The notes under the pieces are model-generated. The model saw only the letters and a list, made by a program, of their open reading frames with translations. It did not search any database and was not told the origin of the DNA. From Promethearchaeota archaeon (GTDB lineage: Archaea > Asgardarchaeota > Hermodarchaeia > Hermodarchaeales > Hermodarchaeaceae), in NCBI GenBank assembly GCA_048938295.1, contig JBHLMI010000016.1, positions 22,973 through 54,972 on the forward strand: 32,000 bases of DNA, given 5' to 3'. Numbering within the stretch: the first letter of the stretch is position 1; each line of letters opens with the position of its first letter. Made by a program: the position numbers and the translations under genes. Positions 17,587 to 26,651 of this stretch are shown in pieces.

Positions 17587-18207
17587 TCAGCATCCCTCTC
17601 CTTTGATGAATCTAACAAGTTTCTCAAGAGGTTGCCTTGGAGGTGGATCCGGCATATCATCAGCATATCCCAAAGTAACAAGAGCCTGTGGAATGACGGT
17701 CTCTGGTAATCTTAGAATCTGTTGCACAGTATCTGGACAAAACAAGGGGGCACAAAACCAACATCCTGCTAAACCCTCTGCATGCGCTGTAAGAAGCAGT
17801 GTTTGGATCGCGGCTGCTACACTTTGAACAGCCATTGTGTATTCAGCACGTTGACGTTTATCATCCGGATATACATCCATTGGTTCCATCGTAAGACACG
17901 CGAGGATGAGAACCGGAGCGCTTGTAAACCGTGTGATAGAAGTGGCTACCAATTCGTCTATCTTCATCGGTTCCTCTCCATCTGCTGTCAAATCCTGTCG
18001 CAACACATTCCCCATCGCATTTGCAAGTCTCGCCTTTTCCTTCATAGACTGCAACACGAAGAACCGCCAAGGCTGGGCGTTATGCGCCGAAGGCGCCCAT
18101 AAGGTTGCCTCAAGGACGCGGTTAAGCTGAGCCAATGCAACGGGCTTTTCCTTCAATTCACGAATACTCCGTCGGCTCGTAATTAACTCATAAAACTGCC
18201 GCATCAA
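17587..18207 (-). CDS. Nitroreductase-family flavoprotein resembling the C-terminal domain of FbiB (candidate dehydro-F420-0 reductase)
   Basis: ITSRRSIRELKEKPVALAQLNRVLEATLWAPSAHNAQPWRFFVL and EGLAGCWFCAPLF; directly precedes cofD on the same strand. Confidence 0.8.
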   Translation of the reverse strand: MMRQFYELITSRRSIRELKEKPVALAQLNRVLEATLWAPSAHNAQPWRFFVLQSMKEKARLANAMGNVLRQDLTADGEEPMKIDELVATSITRFTSAPVLILACLTMEPMDVYPDDKRQRAEYTMAVQSVAAAIQTLLLTAHAEGLAGCWFCAPLFCPDTVQQILRLPETVIPQALVTLGYADDMPDPPPRQPLEKLVRFIKGEGC

Positions 18208-18442
18208 AATTCACTCCACCGTACTAGAATAGATACACTTTGCCTTTCAATCCCTTATAGGCTATGCTCAGTCGCCTTGTTAACTCCTTAATCAGTTTAT
18301 TATCATCCGCAATCTAGACAAATACTTAAGAACGCGTGTTTCGCGGCACTAGGTGGACTTTGAAGAGAAGGCTAGCCTCTTCAGAGTGTGTGCATTGCAC
18401 TCATGCGGCTACAAAGGCAACTCCAATCTTAAGGTGGATATC

Positions 18443-21400
18443 ATGCGGCGAAAACAGATCTTCTTATTGGTAGTAATGTCAATCCTGCTCTTTCCCCTCG
18501 TTCCTCTTGTTCCCTCTAACAAGGCAATATCACCTCACACCAGCACTTCGGATGTGGAAACCGGAACCTCTCCGGATTCATTATTCAACAATCCCCTTGA
18601 CACTTCATTGACTACACCTGAGTTTACTTTGCCAACCGGTATCTCTATTCCGGACAATCCTGTAGAAACCCCTGATATCCCAATCAGCCAATCTGGGGCT
18701 GGTTCAACTCGTCTTACACAATTAACATGGAATATATCACGGTCATTCAACAATCGAAATGATGTTTCAGATTACACAGTCCATATCACTAAGGGCATGC
18801 TATATCATGATGAAAGCTACTTCACCCGCATCGGGGATATCCACTCAAATAAAGACTACATACTGGTTGAAGACCATGATCCCTTAGCCGGTTGGCGCTA
18901 TTACTGGCCAATGGAAGAAAAGGCCTGGCCTGGTGAAGTCGTGTTTATGGCCTTTAATATTAGCGGGCTCTCCCCAATTGAGCTAACTGAATTTGTAATC
19001 TACCTCTATTCACCAAGTACTCCACCCAATCCTGTCTCTGGGGGTTGGTATAATTATACTGTGTATGCTGCAGCCCCCAGTGGAACCTCGGGCTTGGGAA
19101 CTATGCCAAATTTGGCTCAACGTATGGGACCTTGGATGCAGGAACTTGTTCCAGATATCCCAAGAGGGGATGAACTTTGGGTTCCGCTCCCCACTACCCC
19201 TATTATTTTGGATAGCGGAATGACTTATGCGAACACCTTCTACTTTGCCCTCACAATGATGCCTGGTGCTGCTGCAAATTGGGCATTGATGGAGGATGTC
19301 GGAATTCCCCCCGATGGAGATGGTGATGATGAAGGTGATGCATGGTATTCCTATCCTTGGCCAAGCCTTACTTTCTTCTCGGGTCCTTCGCATGATTTCT
19401 TCCTCGGACTTGCATTCACACGGTTCTTCTATCCCAGTGAGATAGGCATGGCTGTGAATGCTACTCCTGTGATGGACCAGTTTCCAACTCCTGGAATTGG
19501 TTTATGGGATGGTGGCTGGCATTCACCAGCCATCAATATGACGAATGCTGACCGATATTATGACGTGTCATACAGCATGCCAGGTTTAACCTATGATGTA
19601 GATTGGCTTGGCTGGTTTTATGAACTAGTATATGCTGATTCGCACTGGACCGCGTACGTTTTCCAAGATTGGGTTGATTGGAACGTAAGCTTCTATGCTG
19701 AGTTTCCTGTTCTAGCGCTTGATCAGAGAATATTAGTTTCGATTGGGTCAGATTGGACAGTGCTTTCTGTCCAATGCAATGGATTGAACCACTTGGACTG
19801 GTCATATCAATATTCTCCCACCACCGGATACTGGCTTGTCATTGATAACGCCCGAAGTGGACAATGGACCATCCTTTGCGATTCACCAGATTATATGGTA
19901 GATTCGGAAGTTCGGGATATGTCAAATCAGGTGATTACACAAGCCACAGGCGACGATGACGTAACAGCCATAGGGTACGTTGAGGATCAATCCGGTCAAA
20001 ACGCCACCAACGGATATGGCTATCTACTCGTTTACGATCCACGAGATGCCTTCAATACTTTTAATTTCAGTGCCCTTCCGATGCCTCCAGGTGGAATGGT
20101 CGAAATCAATTGGTCAATTTGGCTAACCTCCACATGGGCAGGCGTGTACACGCTCCATATCCTCTGGACAAATGGCAGTGAGGCAGGCCTGAATCTCCAA
20201 ACTCTCGAAGTCTACATGCAAACTAATCTAAAAATCACCTATGAATTCCCTCCAGCTGGCGATCCCGTGATTCGCGGTGACGTGGTCCATATTGAAGTCT
20301 ATTTTGACAACCAATGGGGATTCCCAATCTACGATGCTACAGTCACAATCATTAATGACAGCAGTGGATTAGAATGGGGGCTTGGCCCAGGCGACACCAA
20401 AATTGATTATGAGTATATCAACTGGGAAGAACAAGGCTTTCCCGGATACTACACAGCACTCCTCTTTACTGAAAATGCCTCTCTTGGAGTTTTACACAAT
20501 ATCACAATGCAGCTCTCCTCGCCCTATAATCAGGATCAGAGTGTGACAAAACAATTCGAGGTAAAGAGCCGGGCAACTCATATCGTGTTCTTCTGGGAAG
20601 GGCAACCACTTCCAGGATTGAATAATATCTCGGATATTTGGTTTACTGATCCTCACCCCTACATCAACGATACATCTTTACAGTTCACTATTCGTTATAC
20701 CGATGATTTTGGTCTACCCATTACTGGAGCTCAAATTACCCCGTATCTCGTTCACGAGACGCAGGGGGTCTACAAACGGCTTGATTGGGTTGACCTATAT
20801 CTTATTGACTCAACTAAACCAGGCTTCTATAATATCACCATCGATACCAATCCAATAGCTGGCAGAGCCTTTCACGAAGGTGATCCAGCCTATATTGTCA
20901 TTTATGCAAGTAAGTTTGGCTACGAATCAACCTGGTCAGACACAATCGATGTCTTACCCCAACCTCGACCTTCCCGCATCGATGTGCCACTCGAATTTCA
21001 AGAAATCACATTATACCACGATTGGACTTATCCCACAAGTGGGCATCCTAACATTCTCCGTGTTATTCTCCGTGATGCCATAAACAGTGAAGACCTGAGT
21101 CATGGAACAGTAAAAGCTAGTGTAGGTGGGTTACCAAACATCACCCTCATTTTAGCAACTCCCGGACTTGGGCTTTATGAAATTGAAAATATCACAACAG
21201 CAGGATTACTACCTGGGGTCTATAACATCACACTCTATGCTGAAGCACGAGATTTCGTTGAAACAGTAACCTATGTCCAACTGACAATCCTTCCCAAACA
21301 GACAATCGGGTATACCATCGATTCGAACTTCGAAGAATTACAAATGCCTAATTATGGTTTGGAGTGGTGGATCTCTCTTCAGCTTTATCTTGAAAATCCT

Positions 21401-22522
21401 CCTGGTTTCAAGAACTCGGATTCAATTTTTGGAGTTAGTCGCCAACCAGGAGTAAGCTTCATACCTAGTGGTGTTAAGGTCATTTTAACCATTACCGCAC
21501 AGAGTGGAAATTATGCCCCGATAGAGGGAACTGTTGGCGAAGATGGAATGGTGCATTTTTCAGGGGACCTTATCCATGAAGGGGAACATAATTTCTACAT
21601 AAGCCTAGAAGGTGCAGAGAATTATGCCACCATCACGAATATGGAGATCCAGCCCAGTAGCCAACCCGTTAGCGTTATGTCAATGACTTCTCTTATTACT
21701 CAAAATCTCCCAACAATTCTTATGCTGGTCGCCCTTATCACCATAATTCCATTGGGTTCATTTCTAGCCTACCGGCGCTATTATCTCCTACCCAAACGCC
21801 AAGAAAAATTAGAGAAATACCAAACCATTGCAGATACTTTCAGTGACGTAGCGAATCTTAATCGACTCCTCGTACTCCACAAAGAAAGCGGCATTTGCGT
21901 CTTTGATCCCTTCGCTGAAGAAAGCCAAGACGCAACGTTAGTAGCAGGATTTCTCCAAGCAATTTCCACCTTTGGACATGACCTAGGAGACAGTCAAGGG
22001 CTTGCAAATGGTTCAGATGAGGCACGTACCCTCCGCGAACTCCAATACGAAGGCTTTCGAATCCTCATCAACGATGCCCAGTTCATTCGTGTTGCTTTAG
22101 TTCTGAGTGGAACACCCAGTGAACAACTCCGAGGTCGACTCGAAACCTTCTCAGACGTCTTTGAGAAACGATATCAAGCTGACTTTGAGCAATGGGAGGG
22201 CCGCGTAGATCAGTTCAATGGCGCCTCAGACCTCGTTGAAGATGTCTTTCTAATCTCACTACGCCACCCCCATAGTGTGACGCCAAGTAAACCTCGCGGA
22301 ATCCAACTAACCTCAGTGGAATCCGATATTTACAGCCTTTCCAAAGAACTGACCAAAGACCGAGAATACATCTTCCTTGGACAAATCCTAAGCACCTATC
22401 TCGCTGCAGCGAAAACCGATAAACTGGAAGCTTTAATGGGCATCTATCAGCTCCGAATGAAAGGTATATTCCAACCACTGCATATCATCCCCGCCCCAAC
22501 AACTACTGCGTCAGCTGGCTAG
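18443..22522 (+). CDS. Giant surface-exposed transmembrane protein with beta-rich ectodomain and cytoplasmic longin/roadblock-like domain
   Basis: ORF-track entry 18353..22522; preferred start ATG 18443 preceded by AAGGTGG. Signal-like MRRKQIFLLVVMSILLFPLVPLV, repeated beta-rich segments, late TM (NLPTILMLVALITIIPLGSFLAYRRYYLLP), then ~240-aa cytoplasmic region. Confidence 0.85.
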   Translation: MRRKQIFLLVVMSILLFPLVPLVPSNKAISPHTSTSDVETGTSPDSLFNNPLDTSLTTPEFTLPTGISIPDNPVETPDIPISQSGAGSTRLTQLTWNISRSFNNRNDVSDYTVHITKGMLYHDESYFTRIGDIHSNKDYILVEDHDPLAGWRYYWPMEEKAWPGEVVFMAFNISGLSPIELTEFVIYLYSPSTPPNPVSGGWYNYTVYAAAPSGTSGLGTMPNLAQRMGPWMQELVPDIPRGDELWVPLPTTPIILDSGMTYANTFYFALTMMPGAAANWALMEDVGIPPDGDGDDEGDAWYSYPWPSLTFFSGPSHDFFLGLAFTRFFYPSEIGMAVNATPVMDQFPTPGIGLWDGGWHSPAINMTNADRYYDVSYSMPGLTYDVDWLGWFYELVYADSHWTAYVFQDWVDWNVSFYAEFPVLALDQRILVSIGSDWTVLSVQCNGLNHLDWSYQYSPTTGYWLVIDNARSGQWTILCDSPDYMVDSEVRDMSNQVITQATGDDDVTAIGYVEDQSGQNATNGYGYLLVYDPRDAFNTFNFSALPMPPGGMVEINWSIWLTSTWAGVYTLHILWTNGSEAGLNLQTLEVYMQTNLKITYEFPPAGDPVIRGDVVHIEVYFDNQWGFPIYDATVTIINDSSGLEWGLGPGDTKIDYEYINWEEQGFPGYYTALLFTENASLGVLHNITMQLSSPYNQDQSVTKQFEVKSRATHIVFFWEGQPLPGLNNISDIWFTDPHPYINDTSLQFTIRYTDDFGLPITGAQITPYLVHETQGVYKRLDWVDLYLIDSTKPGFYNITIDTNPIAGRAFHEGDPAYIVIYASKFGYESTWSDTIDVLPQPRPSRIDVPLEFQEITLYHDWTYPTSGHPNILRVILRDAINSEDLSHGTVKASVGGLPNITLILATPGLGLYEIENITTAGLLPGVYNITLYAEARDFVETVTYVQLTILPKQTIGYTIDSNFEELQMPNYGLEWWISLQLYLENPPGFKNSDSIFGVSRQPGVSFIPSGVKVILTITAQSGNYAPIEGTVGEDGMVHFSGDLIHEGEHNFYISLEGAENYATITNMEIQPSSQPVSVMSMTSLITQNLPTILMLVALITIIPLGSFLAYRRYYLLPKRQEKLEKYQTIADTFSDVANLNRLLVLHKESGICVFDPFAEESQDATLVAGFLQAISTFGHDLGDSQGLANGSDEARTLRELQYEGFRILINDAQFIRVALVLSGTPSEQLRGRLETFSDVFEKRYQADFEQWEGRVDQFNGASDLVEDVFLISLRHPHSVTPSKPRGIQLTSVESDIYSLSKELTKDREYIFLGQILSTYLAAAKTDKLEALMGIYQLRMKGIFQPLHIIPAPTTTASAG

Positions 22523-22598
22523 ACTCGCTACACCGCTAATTACTCTTTCCAGTCTTAATAGTACTGAATATGCCTAAAACCAACGCTTACAAATATAA

Positions 22599-22673
22599 TG
22601 GAGCCGAGGATGGGATTTGAACCCATATAGAACAGCTCTGCAGGCTGTCGCGTGGCCACTCCGCCACCTCGGC
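22599..22673 (-). tRNA. tRNA-Cys (anticodon GCA), with encoded 3' CCA
   Basis: Reverse complement GCCGAGGTGGCGGAGTGGCCACGCGACAGCCTGCAGAGCTGTTCTATATGGGTTCAAATCCCATCCTCGGCTCCA folds: acceptor GCCGAGG/CCTCGGC, anticodon stem ACAGC/GCTGT with loop CTGCAGA, T-arm ATGGG-TTCAAAT-CCCAT; CCA at 22599-22601. Confidence 0.95.
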
Positions 22674-22783
22674 AGAAAAAAACAGCCACCCCCTCATTAC
22701 CTTACCGCTTTTTTGCTCTTTCGGTAATGGGATTAGCTTTTTATTGCTGCACGAGAGACCAGAATCCAGGGGCAGAACTAACA

Positions 22784-24052
22784 ATGACAGGCAACTCCTC
22801 GGAAAAAGCGATACTAGTTATTAGCGACGGGCTTGGTGACCGACCAATCCCTGCTCTAAAAGGGAAAACCCCCTTAGAAGCTGCTAAGAAACCCACACTC
22901 GATAAGCTTGCGGCAAAAGGCATCACGGGTCTTGTGCATGTCCTCTCACCAGGAATTCCCCCTGGAAGCGATACAGGCCACCTTTCCCTCTTCGGGTATG
23001 ATGCCCGAGACTGCTATACGGGACGAGGCCCCTTCGAAGCCTTGGGTGCCAGCCTCGATCTCGGACCAACTGATGTTGCCTTCCGAGGGAATTTTGCCAC
23101 AGTCCGCCAACTGAAAGATGAAACATACGATGTTTTAGATCGGCGAGCAGGCCGCAACGTAGCTGAAGGTGCAGAACTTGTCAAACTCATCGATGGGCTG
23201 AAAGTACCTGGTTATCCCACGATTGAAGTCACTGTAAGGCATACAGTTGAACATCGTTGCGTGGTTGTGATTCGAGGCGACGGACTATCTTCGAAAATTT
23301 CCGACACTGATCCCCATGGACATGGCGATTCTGTGCTTGCATCGATGCCGTTAGATGACACATCAGAAGCTGAGCTTACATCTAAAATTGTGAATGCAAC
23401 TACTCGCGAATTTCACCGTATCTTAGCCGATAGTCCCATCAATGCTCAACGAAAGAAGGCTGGGCTACCAGAAGCGAATATCGTAATTCTACGTGGCGCA
23501 GGTGTACTCCCTGAGATTCCATTCCTCAAAGATATCTATGGGATTTCTACCGCCTGCGTGGCGGGTGGAGCTCTCTACAAAGGTGTTGCCCAGAGTGTAG
23601 GTATGGACGTGCTCTCTGTACCCGGTGACACAGCAAGCTATGACACAGATGTTGAGGCTAAAGCCCGAGCAACAGCTGATGCGTTGAAAAACCATGACTA
23701 TGTGTTTCTCCACTTCAAACCTACCGATAGTGCAGCCCATGATTTGGATCCTAGAAAAAAGATGGCGATGATCGAGAAATTTGATCAGATGGTAGCAACC
23801 CTCACCCAACTTATCGACATGGACCACACTCACATCGCCATAACCGGTGATCACACAACGGCCAGCACTACTGGCCAACACACAGGAGATCCAGTTCCCC
23901 TCCTGCTTGTGGGTCCAACGGTTCGCAATGATGATGTAAAGGAGTTCAGTGAAAGGGCATGTGCTACTGGGGGGCTAGGCTCTATTCTTGGGATGGCTGT
24001 CATGCCCCTGCTAATGAGCGCGATAGACCGAACACCCATGTTTGGTGCCTAA
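22784..24052 (+). CDS. apgM: 2,3-bisphosphoglycerate-independent phosphoglycerate mutase, archaeal type
   Basis: ORF-track entry 22652..24052, but upstream codons overlap the tRNA; ATG at 22784 gives MTGNSSEKAILVISDGLGDRPIPALKGKTPLEAAKKPTLD. Also SDTGHLSLFGYD, FLHFKPTDSAAHD, ITGDHTTAS. Confidence 0.93.
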   Translation: MTGNSSEKAILVISDGLGDRPIPALKGKTPLEAAKKPTLDKLAAKGITGLVHVLSPGIPPGSDTGHLSLFGYDARDCYTGRGPFEALGASLDLGPTDVAFRGNFATVRQLKDETYDVLDRRAGRNVAEGAELVKLIDGLKVPGYPTIEVTVRHTVEHRCVVVIRGDGLSSKISDTDPHGHGDSVLASMPLDDTSEAELTSKIVNATTREFHRILADSPINAQRKKAGLPEANIVILRGAGVLPEIPFLKDIYGISTACVAGGALYKGVAQSVGMDVLSVPGDTASYDTDVEAKARATADALKNHDYVFLHFKPTDSAAHDLDPRKKMAMIEKFDQMVATLTQLIDMDHTHIAITGDHTTASTTGQHTGDPVPLLLVGPTVRNDDVKEFSERACATGGLGSILGMAVMPLLMSAIDRTPMFGA

Positions 24053-24084
24053 GCGTCTGCGTTTTTAAATAGCACAAGCCTTTA

Positions 24085-24438
24085 ATGGAAGCTTTAATGC
24101 ATGAGGGTCTGGTGACAACCTTGGCAAAAGATTCTGGTCTTGTGCTCGCAGGTACTGTCCTTTGCTTTATCGCATCAATTATTGCAGTCATCCTCGGTGT
24201 ACTGGATTTAGTTGCTTTTGACCTCATCAGCGGTGTTATCTACCTCGGTCTCGGTCTAGTGTGTGTCATTTTCACCTTTCGTATCTATAAGCGGTACTTC
24301 CAAACCTATGCAATTCTGCTTCTGGTGTTTTCGATTATTTTCCTCGTCGCAGCATACCTTGTTCTTGGAACTTGGGGATATCTCGTCGGCATTCTCATGC
24401 TCATTGGAGTAATTCTACTCCTTGTTGCGAAAGCTTAA
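24085..24438 (+). CDS. Small multi-pass membrane protein, unknown function
   Basis: Four predicted hydrophobic helices over 117 aa; ATG start, no recognisable family. Confidence 0.6.
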   Translation: MEALMHEGLVTTLAKDSGLVLAGTVLCFIASIIAVILGVLDLVAFDLISGVIYLGLGLVCVIFTFRIYKRYFQTYAILLLVFSIIFLVAAYLVLGTWGYLVGILMLIGVILLLVAKA

Positions 24439-24448
24439 TCAAGCGCGT

Positions 24449-25222
24449 TTATTCAGCGACATCGGACAAGGCTATAATGGCCTTGGTTAGGGCTCGGATG
24501 ATGGCTGAATGGGCGCTTGCCCTTCTTTCTTTTTCTTGCTCTGTCAAGTCATCAAGGATGCTTTTTCCCTCGAGAGGTAAATCCGAAATAACATGCGCTG
24601 CGACCGCATTAATTCCCACAACGCTCGCAACCGTATACAAGGCACTGGTCTCCATTTCAATCCCCATAAACGCCTTTTCTGATAATGCAGTCAAAAACGG
24701 GATAGTCTCCGCTGCTAGCGAATCAGTCGTGAACACGTCCCCAACGAACAACTGGTATCCCTCTTCGTCAGCCACGACCTGAAGAAACGGTTGCACGTGT
24801 TTAGCTAACTCAGAACACACACAAGCCCGATCAAAAAGTGACGCAAAATATCCGGATGCCCCATCTCCGCGCTCACAATCCATGGCTAAAACAAAATCAC
24901 CAATCTCCATTCCTTGTGCGAGCCCACCAATAGCGCCAGTGTATAGGATGTTTTTCACTCCGGCAAATTGCAGAAAGTACACACAATCGGCCATGCCAGG
25001 TGCATACCTGACATTATCCAATATTGTGATGAACTGGTTCTCTTCTAAGAACCCAGACACACCAGTAAACCATTTACCAATTGGCACAGGCTGCTGAAGC
25101 TGGTCTTCAAGTTCAATCACCTTGTTCTTGGTGGGAGTAATCAAGACAGTAGGGGCGATTTGATCGGGGTGTACACCAAAGACGCGGTGGATTATTCGTT
25201 CTGGGTCATATTCTGCAAACAT
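24449..25222 (-). CDS. Nucleoside (uridine) phosphorylase family protein
   Basis: FQFAGVKNILYTGAIGGLAQGMEIGDFVLAM and MGIEMETSALYTVASVVGINAVAAHVISD match PNP/UDP phosphorylase motifs. Confidence 0.88.
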   Translation of the reverse strand: MFAEYDPERIIHRVFGVHPDQIAPTVLITPTKNKVIELEDQLQQPVPIGKWFTGVSGFLEENQFITILDNVRYAPGMADCVYFLQFAGVKNILYTGAIGGLAQGMEIGDFVLAMDCERGDGASGYFASLFDRACVCSELAKHVQPFLQVVADEEGYQLFVGDVFTTDSLAAETIPFLTALSEKAFMGIEMETSALYTVASVVGINAVAAHVISDLPLEGKSILDDLTEQEKERRASAHSAIIRALTKAIIALSDVAE

Positions 25223-25448
25223 CTATTTTCTCTTCCATATAGTTCGATGTGCTTCAGCACCTGGCATAGCACTCGATGCGGATAGCTGGCAGCTGGTCTC
25301 GCTTAAAAAGCGTTCCTCTATCCAAATACAGAAAGTATTGTCAGCATAGATTTGGCATAAGAAATATTGACGGTGAGCAAGATATATAGACGATACAAAT
25401 TAGATGGCTACTTACACGGTCTTAGAACAAGCCCCGAAGGGTTGAGCT

Positions 25449-26582
25449 ATGGAGAAACGGAAGATTATGCGGCTAGGCAAATCCTCGCTAGTCGTTTCCA
25501 TTCCCAAAAGCTGGACAGAAGAATTCAAACTCAACTCTGGCGATCATCTCATTCTAATTCCACAACGCGACCGTTCTTTAGCCCTTTATCCAGTCAAAGA
25601 GTTCTCTGATACACCCTCCGAACAAGAAATTATCACCGATCCAACGGATGAACCTGGTATTCTTGAACGACGCCTTATCGCCGCTTATCTAAACAATTTT
25701 GGTATTATCCACCTCCGGTCAAAGGGTGTTTTCACACCAGAACAGCAATCACTTGTACGGCAACGAGTGCGCATGTTAACGGGCTTACAAATCATAGATG
25801 CTAGCACCAACGAAATTGTCATCCAGTCTCTGATGAGGCTCAACCAACTCGATTTACCTAAAAGCATGCGCCTAGCTCATCGCATCACCTCCACCATGCT
25901 CGTGGATGCCCTTTCAGCGCTTCAAATCCGAGACGCTGAACTTGCTCAAACAGTCATCGGTCTTGACGAAGACGTCAACCAATTCTACTTTTTAGTATTC
26001 AAACAACTCCGAGCAGCTCTGCTGGACCCTCGATTCATGAATGAGCTCAACATCGATTCGATGGACTGCCTCACCTACCTAATGTTCATCCAACGCATTG
26101 AGAATGTGGCTGACCATGCAAAGGGGATTGCTCAATCAGTCATCTCGCTTGGAAAAGAGGAATGCCCGAAAGATCTCCTTAACCTAGCCTTAAAGACAGG
26201 TAACCACGTTCACCGAGTATATTCCATGGCTGCGGAATCGATGTTGATGGGTGATGACAAAGCTGCGAATCACGTCATCAATGAAATCGTTCATTTCGTT
26301 CCCATGCGACAACAAGCCGAGGAACTTATGGAACAGCATCTAGTAAAGCTCTGTGAACAAATGCTGCCCAAACTCACTCCCGACAGCTGCGCCCTTTTTG
26401 GCCCCCACCAAAAGGCTATGTTCTGCTTAGAAAACATCTTCGATTCCTTTGGAAAAATCCTTGAACATTCCAGCGCCATAGCCGAAATTGCCATCGATAA
26501 GGCCCTTGAAACGAATCGCCGATGGCCCGTAACAGAAACTCTCAAACCGAAAAAGAAGAAGACCACCAAAACAAAAGTCTAG
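25449..26582 (+). CDS. PhoU-family regulator with N-terminal AbrB/SpoVT-like DNA-binding domain
   Basis: N-terminal RKIMRLGKSSLVVSIPKSWTEEFKLNSGDHLILIPQRD (AbrB-like swapped hairpin), followed by two PhoU-like helical repeats. Confidence 0.83.
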   Translation: MEKRKIMRLGKSSLVVSIPKSWTEEFKLNSGDHLILIPQRDRSLALYPVKEFSDTPSEQEIITDPTDEPGILERRLIAAYLNNFGIIHLRSKGVFTPEQQSLVRQRVRMLTGLQIIDASTNEIVIQSLMRLNQLDLPKSMRLAHRITSTMLVDALSALQIRDAELAQTVIGLDEDVNQFYFLVFKQLRAALLDPRFMNELNIDSMDCLTYLMFIQRIENVADHAKGIAQSVISLGKEECPKDLLNLALKTGNHVHRVYSMAAESMLMGDDKAANHVINEIVHFVPMRQQAEELMEQHLVKLCEQMLPKLTPDSCALFGPHQKAMFCLENIFDSFGKILEHSSAIAEIAIDKALETNRRWPVTETLKPKKKKTTKTKV

Positions 26583-26651
26583 CCCAGTGTGGAAAAGCCC
26601 TTTAGGCTCCAACCCTAAGTTTTTGCATGCTATACGCCCTAGTAAAGATTA

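Noticed and set aside
17782-18102. 106-aa plus-strand ORF opposite the nitroreductase
   Set aside because: Antisense to a conserved flavoprotein; composition rich in Cys/Arg/His typical of spurious frames.
19010-19393. 127-aa minus-strand ORF inside the giant surface protein gene
   Set aside because: Antisense within a long continuous coding sequence, no recognisable features.
22587-22784. 65-aa minus-strand ORF
   Set aside because: Covers the tRNA-Cys gene and its flank; the tRNA explains the conserved structure.
23489-23881. 130-aa minus-strand ORF opposite apgM
   Set aside because: Antisense to conserved phosphoglycerate mutase motifs.
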